A stretch of 60,858 bases of DNA, filler included, from Sphacelaria rigidula (Eukaryota), in assembly GCA_964200075.2 (NCBI GenBank). It is 7 parts of 7 records of this genome, joined end to end, with 100 filler letters (N's around TTAATTAATTAA, not from the genome) between each part and the next. Parts side by side here need not be neighbours in the genome. Positions count along the whole stretch, not along the records: positions 34,839 to 43,445 come from CAXNAA020010613.1; positions 43,546 to 52,152 come from CAXNAA020010614.1; 5 more parts are not named here. One strand, 5' to 3'. Made by a program: the position numbers and the translations under genes. Positions 38,373-49,700 of the stretch are shown in pieces. Position 1 is the stretch's first letter. Each line of letters begins with the position of its first letter. The notes below the pieces were generated by a model. It was not told the origin of the DNA. It worked only from the letters and a program-made list of their open reading frames with translations, and did not search any database.

Positions 38373-39115
38373 TCGCTCTGGGGGCATTGAGCATTTTGAG
38401 CAATCAAAAGACACTTTCTACGATAAAGCGAGCAGCTGGGGATTGCCACGCTTTGGTTAGTTCTCGCCAAGGTCGCCCATATGAGGCGCCTCATGCACCC
38501 CGAACCTGAACATCAGGCGCTGTATGACCATATTTTCCTGACACTTTTGGGCTGGTTTGGGGGGAGGGGGGGGCGTACTCGTTTATTGCCTGCCTTAGTC
38601 AATGGTCCATTAGTTCTCGCCAAGGTCGCCCATATGAGGCGCTTCATGCACCCTGAACCTGAACATCAGGCGCTGTATGACCATATTTTCCGGACACTTT
38701 TGACCATTGACTAAGGCAAGCAACAAACGAGTACGCCTCCCCTTCCCCCCCCAAACCAGCCCAAAAGTGTCCGGAAAATATGGTCATACAACGCCTGATG
38801 TTCAGGTTCAGGGTGCATGAAGCGCCTCATATGGGCGACCTTGGCGAGAACTAACCCAAGCGTGGCAATCTCCAGCTGCTCGTTGTGCTCGGCTTTTCCA
38901 TTTCGATTTACGTGAAAGTTTTTCCTCCCCAAACCAGGCACTTTTTTGGGAGTGGGCTATCGTAGAACGAGTCGAAACCTCGAAGCAGGAAATAACGGCA
39001 TCACGTTTTATGATCACTATGCATCATGTCTCATCGTGAGGCGCCTTAGCCCACTGGCCTGATTAGCGCGGCTTCGAAAAATTCGAAAAAAAAAGAAGGT
39101 CCCTGAACAAAATTC

Positions 39116-40767
39116 CAGGGCTCTTTACGTTACATGTTACACGTCACGTAACAGATGTGACGTATGAAAATCTATACATTACGTCACGTCACACTTTGTG
39201 ACGTACGAAAAATTATACGTTACGTCAAGCGACATTTTTGTAAGGATACGATACGTTACGTCACGCTTGTGACGTATTAAAAATTTATACGTTACGTTAC
39301 GTCACAGTAACGTATTTTGGAACGTTACACATCACAATGAATGTTACACGTCACATTGTTACACGTCTGTGACGTGTAACGTATTTTGGAACGTTATTGT
39401 GACGTGTAACGAGTAAAATACGTCACGTTTGTGACGTGTAACGCATTTAGAAACGTCACGGTTGTGACGTGCAACGTATTTTGGAACGTAATTGTGACGT
39501 GTAACGTAAAATAAAACTTCACACTTCGACCGTGTTGAGGGCAAATCAACGCTACGTACAATGTTGTAAGGTTTCACGTGCCGCAACTTGGTACGGGAGG
39601 TCCACGGTGGCTGCCTTGTGCGAGCATGAGGCGCGTTCTGCACCCGATGTTGACATGTAAGAATGCGTTTCAGCTAATGTATCGCTCATGCGTCCCTGAC
39701 TCTCACGTTGAAATTTCAAAGAAATACATGGGTACGTTGTTGATGCACGATAATAATCAGATAGTGAGATACCAAGATGCGAGCAGGCCATGATGTACAC
39801 ATACAAACGCAAGTATGTACAGATCATACGTTAGTGATACCTGGTAGTCGGTTGGCATTTTGTAGGACACCCAACACATAGCAACCCGATTCTGTATTGT
39901 TATAATTAATTGTTCTTTCAGCAGGGCGTGTATACAGAAGAAAATCTATTTTCTATTTACAGTTTGTAATACACATGAACTGATGATCCGGTACGAATCC
40001 AGCCGCGTTCGCAGGGCGGACGGACATCATGAAGGTAAAAAAACACATGATGACTCATTGCGCCAAGAATAGAGACAAAAACTTACACAAAGCCGTTCGA
40101 ACAGAGACGGACGGCAGAAAAACAGAAAAACAAAACAACCCCAACATGAGAAAACGAAGCAAAATCGACGAAATGAAGAACAAAACTACAGAAAAGCAGT
40201 GGAGTCACCGACTTTGTCCACGAGGTCACAAGCTCGTGTCATCCTTCGCACCTCTTCAAGGGCACAAGGTCTCTGATTACTTCGTGGTCCATATTTTGAT
40301 ACTAGTGACACCAATAAGTAAAACGGTACACGGCAACTCAAAATAATGCATACTATGGTTGGGTGTGGTGTGGCGGTGCTTGCTGGCGTGGCGGCGCTGA
40401 AGTTGCGATTACATCGCGTGCGTAGTATTGTGACGTATGCACATTCTTCTTGAACCCATGTACCATATCATGCGAGTATCACATATGCTACTCTCAGACT
40501 AATTGTGGTACAAGTTGAGCGTGTGACGTGTAACGTATATTGTGACGTGTAACATATAAAACACGTTACACGTTACGGGAAACGTTTCAAAATACGTTAC
40601 TGTGACGTATAAGAAAAAGACGTCACGTCACATCTGTGACGTACTGAAAACTGAACGTTGCGTCACGTCACATTTTTTCACCGGTACGTTACGTTACGTC
40701 ACACCCTTGTGACGTACGTTTGTGACGTGTAACGTATAACGTATAACGTGTAACGTAGAGAGCCGTG
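39116..40767. mobile_element. Non-autonomous hAT-like element (1.65 kb) with dense subterminal TGACGT/GTTACA arrays
   Basis: TIR CAGGGCTCTTTACGTTACA / TGTAACGTAGAGAGCCGTG; 8-bp TSD CAAAATTC (39108-39115) vs CGAAATTC (40768-40775); motif arrays at 39120-39510 and 40520-40760. Confidence 0.82.
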
Positions 40768-41087
40768 CGAAATTCCGACTGCAAACGAGAACGCAGGATG
40801 GATGCCTTGCCACGACTTCGCGGTGTTTTTTTACATCGTCCTCAAATTTCTTGCTTCCTAGTTGGGTCTTGATTGCCGTTTTCAAAACCTCGGAGCTTCA
40901 GCGACTCTGGAGATTGTGCAAGAGTCCTCTCGGTGAGGTGACATGAAGTGTGAAAAGATATGTGGTAGCGATAGACCTGTTTGGGGGGTCAAACACGGCG
41001 TCAAATTGTCCCAACGCTCAAGATATCAATCAACTTGACATTTTCTCGCATCCTTACAAAGGGGCCGCCCGAAGCGACGAAATATTC

Positions 41088-41200
41088 TTGATTGATTGAT
41101 TGATTTTCGCACCTTAACTGATCCTCCAGATAGTCATGATCTAAATGGGCGCACCCGACATTAAAAAAGGAAACGGAAACACTCGCTGAAGAAGGGTGAA
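41088..41200 (-). mobile_element. 3' end of the (AATC)n-tailed RTE family
   Basis: (TTGA)n-TTTTCGCACCTTAACTGATCCTCCAG...GAAACACTCGCTG. Confidence 0.7.
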
Positions 41201-41215
41201 GAGAACATAAAGCTA

Positions 41216-42640
41216 CAGGCTGGTTCCGGCTTATCACCCAAAAAACACTCATCGGCAAAACCTCACGCCGTTTTGAGGAGTTGGACCCTGAAACTTTTGC
41301 ATACATGTTCTATGGGGCATTACAAAACTTTCGAAGGTCGAAGGTTTGGACTCTTCATTTTTTTCACCGTTTTCCGGGGGTCCCAGTTTTTTCGGGGAAA
41401 CATCGATTCAATCGGACCCCCGTGAACGGAAAAGAAAAGAAAAACTCGAAAAAAACCTCGTCGATCCAAAGTTGCGTAATGACCCATAGCACAGTTGTGC
41501 GAAATTTCAGGGTCTAACTCCTTAAAACGGCGTGAGGTTTTCGCTTTTGTGCGATGAACTTCGACGTGCCGCGGTGAAACCGCAAACTACTTGATTTTAG
41601 TACGAAAACGGCGTTTTTGGACCTTGTTTGACGTGAACATGAAAATTCAAGCATCCGTTGATCGAGTTTTGCGACGAAATTTTGTGGGGCCCTCCCTTCC
41701 CTGGGTTGTGCGGCGACAGCTCGTTCACGAGAAAAATTAAGAAAAAAAATGTAGTGCCGGTTTTCCCGGGTCCCAGAATGGAGACTACTTCAAAAAACGA
41801 CTTGGATCCCATCGGACCCCGAAAAACGGTGAAGAAAAACGGTGAAGAACTCAACAAGGAAAAAAACCTCGTCCATGGAAAGTTGCATAATGACACATAG
41901 CATATTTGTGCGAAGTTTCAGGGTCTAACTCTTAATAACGGCGTGAAGGTTTGCGCGTTTGTGGAGGACGTGGGTCAGAAACGTGCAACTCCTAACTACT
42001 TGGTTTTAGTATGGAAATGTATTTTGGGGTGGAAATACGTCAAGACAAGAAGAACTGTATGAGGTCTTCGAGTTTCTCCTCCAAACTTTGTACATATGTT
42101 CCTTGGACTATCCCAGGACGCATCATTTGATTATTTTTCTCTTGGGGTGTTCTGTACCGGCTTCCGGGGGTCTTCATACTGCGACCCCCGGAAGCCGGTA
42201 CAGAACGGAGAAACCATGAAATATTGTCCAGAGTACAATTTTTCCATTTGAAGCATCAACTCCTACGGAACGCCAAGTTTGAGGGCGATCTGAGCTTTTC
42301 TACAACAGATATAGGGGACACCGTCACGAGGCTCCATGGGTCTTTCATCATGAGTGGAAATTACACGACGCCAAAGCGCCATACCACCGAAACATTACAG
42401 TTTTGGGCAAAATTCGACCCCCGTAGTAACCGTTTACAAACATGTTTTTTCCGTCAGATTCCCGAGCCGATGACGGTTACAATGATTTGAAGCATGTGGA
42501 GATTATTGGGTGAAATTGGGCTTGAAATTCGTGACTTCGATCTCGGAACACTTTGACGGGCGCTGATTGGTCGATATACCTTTTTGCCCTTAGCGCTACG
42601 ACGATGGCCCTACACATAAATCCGGCTATGTCACGCTCTT
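41216..42640. mobile_element. Relative of the 23809-24928 TIR element, with internal inverted repeats
   Basis: Starts TA|CAGGCTGGTTC; 42150-42620 is colinear with 24330-24800; hairpin CCTCACGCCG...CGGCGTGAGG. Confidence 0.7.
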
Positions 42641-43120
42641 CACCTGTCCAATGCGGTCAGTATGATATCATGTATGCGACTATTGGGTAGGAATTGCGAA
42701 AGGTACTTGCTGATGACACAATGTTGGGTGATAGACGTGACCAGCCTGTAGAACACAACAGACAAGAAACAGAGAAGACTAGGAAAAATCAAGAAAAAAA
42801 GAAAAAAAGCGAAGAACATAACATAACAAAGCAAAGCAAGAAGATTGAGGGAAAAATCGAGACAAAGATTATGAGAAACAAACGGGAAAGTACCAACAAA
42901 AAAAGGATCTGCTCAACTCGGTAGAGCAAAAAAAGGGGGGGGGAGAACATAACATAACTTAACAAAACGGAATGAAAATCGAGAGAGAAAATCGAGACAA
43001 CGATAATGAGAAACGAAACGAAAAACAACCGAAAAAACATGTGCTAAAAGTCAGTACAGTATGAGTTCGTCCTCGTCATCCACTAGAGGATGACACGTAC
43101 AAATTGCGCCATTGGCCCAC

Positions 43121-43247
43121 CTCGAGCCTGCGCCAAGACCGCCAAGCCGTGCAGCGACGACGCTGCCGCGGGATGGCCCGGTCCAACGCTGTTCTGCGCA
43201 ATTTCTAGGGCTCTCCGATGCATGGGTTCCGCTTCTTCAAGTCTCCC
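43121..43247 (-). CDS. Single 42-aa kinesin-light-chain-type TPR exon (possibly from an NB-ARC-TPR-like gene)
   Basis: cag|GRLEEAEPMHRRALEIAQNSVGPGHPAAASSLHGLAVLAQAR-G|gtgggc matches the G.Y.EAEPLY.RAL.I.E..LG..HP..A.SL.NLA consensus. Confidence 0.85.
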
Positions 43248-43445
43248 CTGACGCGAACCGACGAACAGGTGGGGCAAAAACGACAACAAAAACAGGAGCA
43301 GCAGCCGCCGCCCGCGGTGCATTGCGTATGGGGTTACGGAATGAAGCAAGGTTGTGCTAGGGTATACCCGCAAGTGTGTGTGTGGGTGGGGGGGGGGGGG
43401 GGGGGGTTGGTGGGCATGCTTAAATAAAAACATACCGAATTGAAT

Positions 43446-43545
43446 NNNNNNNNNNNNNNNNNNNNNNNNNNNNNNNNNNNNNNNNNNNNTTAATTAATTA
43501 ANNNNNNNNNNNNNNNNNNNNNNNNNNNNNNNNNNNNNNNNNNNN
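43446..43545. other. Artificial contig spacer
   Basis: N44-TTAATTAATTAA-N44. Confidence 0.98.
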
Positions 43546-43609
43546 GTGGGGTTGGTGGTGGCGGGGTTTGTTTTGGAAGTATGTTTGATCATTTCTTCCA
43601 TATTTTTCC

Positions 43610-43803
43610 ACTTCAAATCGCCGTCGGAAGCAGCAGCGGTTGTTCGAACGCGCTTGTTACCGATGAGAAACACTCGTTCATACTGCTTGACACCGTTTTA
43701 AATCAGAAACAAGCGCACCGCGAGTGTGATGGGTCGTCTGACAAACCAATGAGCCTCTTTTTCGTGCAAACAACTACCCACCGCCGTATCGTAGGATGAC
43801 TCG
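43610..43803. repeat. Diverged direct repeat, partner at ~46955-47172
   Basis: Shared GGTTGTTCGAACGCGCTTG, TGCTTGACACCGT, CGCGAGTGTG and CCGTATCGTAG. Confidence 0.7.
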
Positions 43804-45627
43804 TATATCGCCTTCATAGCAAGGATATGAAACACAAGCAGGTGTGGTTTGTTGAGGTGGATGAGCGTGTTTTCTATTTTCCATTCTTCACGCAACATGT
43901 CAGCTTGCAAGGCCCCTGTGGCTTGTGCACTGAACTACGTCGGCGCGCGGAGGAACAGCGTCGTTCCTGTTCCATGATATATAGGCTTTCATGCTCGGGT
44001 TAAAATAGTCATGGTCCAAAGTATCACTGTATTGAGCCCAGAGAAGAAGCCGTCCTGGGAAAAGAGGTGATCACAATCAGCACGGACAGGTGGCGCAGCA
44101 GGCATGAACGGGCCGTGGAGGAATCAAGAGGACGAAGGACGAACATCACTGCACACTCGATGACTGCTTCAGGTTGAACGCCCGAAATTACTCCCCAGCG
44201 ATTCCTCACGCGGATTTTTCGAGTTTGACCGTTTCCTTACGGATAGTACTTCTGAGGGCGCATTTGCTTCTGTTTGTGACGCTTGACACGATCTGTGGCT
44301 TGTTAATAGGGAAATTCGCCATCACATGTCTTCCATACCTTGCATCACCCTACCCAGAGGAGTTCAGCCCACCTTTCGGATTAGGTTGGCTCCGAGGGTT
44401 CGAGCATAGTCATTGGACAAAAATACGGCTGGAGTAAAAAAATGGTGTCTGCCAGGGGTGCAAGAAAGCATGTGCATCCACGTACCCATGCGTTTTTATC
44501 TCGGACTTCTCACAGGTGGGGTAGGGGATTAGACCATAATTCCCCTGCCAACCCCAGCCCCCTTCGCCCCCTCTTCCCCCACCCCAAACGCCATACAAAC
44601 TCCTATCTAAACTGATGCCATTACTGCATGAGGCGGCGTCGGAGGGGGGTACTCTCCCGAATGTGTGTTTGTGTGTATGGAGTGTAGCATACGATCCATA
44701 TACCCCGCTGATACGTGAGTGTGGGAACAACCATGAAACAAAAAAAGAAATAATACATGAAAGAAAAAAACAAGCGGATAAAATAAAAATATTGTGATGT
44801 AATGAGTGAAGCAACATAAGAAAAGAAAGCAAAACCAAATAAGTTTAATAATTAATAAAATCAAGCGATAGTATGAAAAAAAATGTTGTATAAGAAGACA
44901 GACGAGACAGCGAAACAACGAGTGAACAAATGAACAATGAAAAATGATGAATATGTGACATATGGAATAATATATATGAGAAATTAGGGGAAGAAAAATT
45001 AAATTGTAAAAAAATAATGAAAAAGTAAACGAAAGACGAAAACTGCTTGAAAAAATGGCAAGGTTAGTAACGCCCACTGCGGTATCCAGCCTTCACGGTA
45101 CTGTAAGGTAAATTTTGAATGGCAAATGATCACCCTTGTACTCATCACTAGCGGAACCAGCCACCCTGACGATGAAGTCTGAATTGTGGATCGTAACCGG
45201 CCACCCTGGTACTCGTTGATGAAGGAACCGACGGCACCTCGGTTATGCACAGTAATGTTCTGCTGACAATGTTACCCTGGTATTCAATTGGTACGGGAAC
45301 CAGCCACCACGGTGATGATGATATATAAATGTATTTTTTTTTTGTGTATTTCTCAAGCGCATGGCAACCCACGGTCATGACGTTTGCTTAAACATCAGAA
45401 CAACACGGAATCGTGCGCGGGACCCAAGGTGGACCTGTTGTTTGCAAACGTTGAATAATAGATGATATATGGAAGCTCGCCTACTGAACACACAAGTTGT
45501 GGCACGACACGACCGTCAGCAGGCGTGGCTGCAGCAGCACCATCACCACTACTGGCGGAAGGACTCGCCGAGGCAGGAGCCTTGATATTTCAGACGGGTT
45601 GTACTCTTGATCTTGCAATGTCATAGT

Positions 45628-45842
45628 CGAGCAATGCGACGGTAGTAGGCGTGCACTTTTTGCGCAAATGCTTGTCTGTTTCAGGGGCTCCTAGCGATTC
45701 TAGATGCACAAGAGTATGGGTCAGGGCATCCCCGTTTGCAAATTCATTCTTGATCTTCTTAGCACATTGGAACAGTAATCATGGCGTACTCTCTCACTCA
45801 GTTCGTAAGTCGTGTTTTGGATGGACTAAATTCTACCTCAGA
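45628..45842. repeat. Diverged direct repeat, partner at ~48459-48683
   Basis: Shared GTGCACTTTTTGCGCAAA...CTAGCGATTCTAGA...TATGGGTCAGGGCATCCCCGTTT...TCGTGTTTTGGATG. Confidence 0.8.
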
Positions 45843-46199
45843 AAATGTTTGTGCGCTCCTACCGTACGAGCTGGGCCAGCTGACAGTGATTTTTTAGTGG
45901 TTGCGGACCCAGCTCTGGGTACTTCGAGAAGTTCGGCGCTGGAATTTTGACACGACACTTTTGTCAGTAATACGCACAAAATCACGCGGGATGCCACCGA
46001 AAAAAAGCAAACAGAAAGTCAGAGCGACTCACCCTTTCTGCAAAAATTGAAAAAAATGCAATATCTCCATGAAAGAAACGAAATACATCGGCATCCCTCG
46101 TGTTGTGGTGCGTACTTGTGTTTAGGAGATCCTGGTGCAATTTCGGCAAACAATTCTTGAAATTCGGCTCAGGCGGGCACTTTTCTGGTGACACCGGTG

Positions 46200-46745
46200 T
46201 GCCCCTTTAATCCAAGTGATGCAGGAGACTCCAGTTATGGAGGTCACGAGTTCGAATCCCGACAGGTTCCTCTTCTTTTGTTCCGTCGGTAAGGTTATAC
46301 TACATTTTGCAGTACATTTGTTTCATTTTTTCCCATTCAGCGGGGGTGCCGTGCGTTACCAGGTTGGTCTGCAGGTCACACCGATATACTCAAGTCGGGC
46401 TGATTTGGTGAACTTGATAAGTTATGGTATGACATGCAAATGCGGGAATTACTGCTGGCCCAGTTCGATGCTCAGTCATAAGACCATTGACCTCGCATCC
46501 CTACGAAGCCGTGACGGAGCACGCCAGGGTTTCTCCAGACCAGGCTCGCAATCAATCACCAAGCGCGAAGCGCCGCGATGTGTTCGGCGAGTGGCATGAA
46601 GGCCGTATCCTGCTAAGATTAAACCGCCCGGAGCTTACTCATTATCTTGCATTTGGATGACAACCTCCAATGAGATGCTTAGTTTTCTGCTAACGCCACT
46701 TCCAGAGACAGCCACAGCATATGTACTGCCTCATGGGCGTCTCAA
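46200..46745 (+). mobile_element. tRNA-headed SINE-like element (family C) with a long structured body
   Basis: tRNA-like head (TAATCCAAGTG; CTCCA-GTTA-TGGAG stem; B box GAGTTCGAATCCC); 3' half shared with 17435-17640. Confidence 0.6.
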
Positions 46746-49700
46746 CATTTGAACGCTACGTGGTACGATTGTCCCCTTTGCGCGGAGTTGAGGTTCTCCC
46801 ACCCCGCACAACATGATCTAGCTGAATCACCATAATGGTCACCGCAAAACACCGCAGCCACGCAGATTTATCGGTAAGGTGGTTGCCTAGCTTACGCAGT
46901 GAGTGGTGGTGGTGGTGGTGGGGGGGTACGTCGGCCATTCCTTCCACAAAATTTTACTTTGAATCGTCGGTGAAAGTAGCGATGGTTGTTCGAACGCGCT
47001 TGGTATAGATGAGTGCCCTCAAGTCAAGTTGCTTGACACCGTATTCATCCATACGCATACGTAACGCGAGTGTGTTCGGTTGTCTGACACACCTATGAAT
47101 CGTTTTGCGTGGAGTAACACACACATATGCATACACATGCATACACACACATCCGTATCGTAGCATGATTCGCAGACGAGATCACGTCGCAACCTCCCCA
47201 GTCGGAGTCGTCACCAACAGCTCCATCCTCGCTCATGATTGCTTGCGTGTTTTGGTGTGGTGCTTTGTGCGTTCGTGCTTCAGCGCTTCAGCGCGCACGT
47301 GTTCACCGACTAAGAAACTGTAGGGCCCCCGTGGGGTAGAGTCCTTGACGAAAAAAGAGTCGAAAAAAAACCCACGAAAGAAGGACGTCATCCAAGGAGA
47401 TAAAGAGAAAATAAATAGAAGAAAGAAAGAAGAAATCTTGAAGTGGTCAGGTGGTGATTGGCACTCCGACCTATTCACCACAAGTTGTATCCGTTTACGG
47501 CTGTCATGCTCGGGTAGCGTGATGTTGATGAGCAGCGTGGTTCATTTTGCTTTCTTATACAGTATTTGGGAGCAGTCTATTTGCGCGATATTTATTCGGG
47601 TAGTAGTGAGAAATCACAGGAATGTCAGAGTTTGCGCGGTGACTGTTTGGACGGGAATGGAAAAATCTGATTTGCTCAGTAACGGTTTAGAAGGGAACGG
47701 GACAGCGTCCTTCGTTCGGTTTAAGTTTGGATGGTAGTGGCAATTCCGATTTATCACGATAACCATTTAGCACGGGATTTGACAAGTTGCCAATGACTTT
47801 GCTCTTGACCATGAGTCGTGGGAACCTTCATAAAGCATCAAAGTATTGTCGAAAAAATAAATAATGCAAATGCCGTCTCCGACCGTGATGTGTAGCCTCG
47901 CTCGTCATCAAAAGAATACATCCGCAATCTGTGAAACCCTGTGCTCATACCAAATATTTTTAGCTTCCGTTAACTCCCGTGCAAATCAACTGTCCCTATT
48001 TGTCAGAATCTCATGAATAGCGCGGGATTTTACAAATTGCGGATAAATTTGGATTCAGGGTGAGCGAGACCACACATCACGGCCGGGGAGTGCATCTGCC
48101 TTTTTTAGATCATTCCGATGCGTATCAATGTCCCCAGGGCTCATCCTCAAACACAAATATTTATGCACAACTTGTAACATCCGCTATGGCCATGGCACAT
48201 TTTTCCTCGGCCGACCCTCGAGCTGTCGCCCGCCTTAGCGCGGATGCCAGACATATAGTTGCAGGTGTGGAGCCCTGCGAACAGGGGGACTTGAAATTCT
48301 GTCTAGTGCTGTTGTGTCCGTGTCGCTTCTTGGAGCGCAAAACAATAGTCCATACTGCACAAGCAATCTGAACAGGGGCGGTAGTTCTGCAGAAGCACAG
48401 GTCGGCGAACGCTACTGTCATCTGCACACGACTCCAAAACTCACTCAGCCTCTGCGAACGAGCAATGCTGCGGTAATAGTGCACTTTTTGCGCAAAATCT
48501 TGTCTGGTTCAGGGGCTTCTAGCGATTCTAGACGCACAACAATATGGGTCAGGGCATCCCCGTTTTCAAGGTCATTCGGGATATCCCCAGCACATTGAAA
48601 TAGTAATCCTGTCGTCCTCTCACATATTTTCATAAATCGTGTTTTGGATGAGATAAAGGGCTCCTAACAATTCTAACCTCAGGACCAATTGGTGCACCCC
48701 TACCTTAGCATCACTCGAACCATGCAGCATCGAGATAACATCAGAAATGACCTCTGCCGGTACCCGGTTGGTATCAATGCACAGCCGCGTTGCTGAGTCT
48801 TGTGTCCGACCGTAAGATGGACATCTGCACCACTCGCCGTCGACTGGGGGAGCGTGATGCCACACACATCGCGACCATGGCTTGCTTTGATCTTTCACAC
48901 CTCCTGTTTCGACTCACCGGGTTAGACTCTGTCGACGCTGACTGTTCCCTCCTGTAGCCATCGCGAGTTAGAGGAAATGTCTGGGGAGAGGTCGGAGCTG
49001 CACGAGTGGTGCACGCGCTGGTGGATAGCGCAGGTATTACCCCTGCTCCGGAGGGCCTTGTGACTACCGCGTCACGTCGGTCTCTTTCCTCTTTCGCTGC
49101 GCGCAGCCAGCACCGGGAACGGTGCTTTCCATTTCGGATTCCTCATCACCTCGCTGGTGGCTCGATGCGAAGGCGCCGGTGCAATTTCCTCTTGCTCGGG
49201 CGTCGATATAGATGGGCTGTCGATGTCTGAAACCGAATCTGTGTCGACCTCAGAGGTTGAAGCATGTCCGGCCTTAGTGTTCTCTTTTTTCCTTGTCCGT
49301 TTTGATGCGGACGTGCTCGAAGGTGTTGGTTTCGAGGAGCACAGCAAGTCCGGTAGCATAATACCGTGTCCCGATTGCGATAAAAGCACCTCCCGACAAT
49401 CCTTCAAGAGGCCCTTAAATTACGTCGTTTGGGAATGCGGGTGTCGGTGCTACCCTGATAAAGTGTCGTACCTCCAGCTGATCTTCGTTTGGCCGATTTC
49501 AGTTCTGTAATGCAGCCCTCTGTTGCCCGGGGCATGCTCACCGTGCACCATTGACCTCCGCTTGATTCCTCGTAGCCCTGTTCCGTCTCGACGTCGATAT
49601 CTGAGTGTGCGCGTGCGTACCTCTCCCGGAGTCGGGCGAGGCACGTCTTGTCTTCGCCTTGGAACATGAAGCCCCCACCTCCACAGACTTCGCCCCGGCA

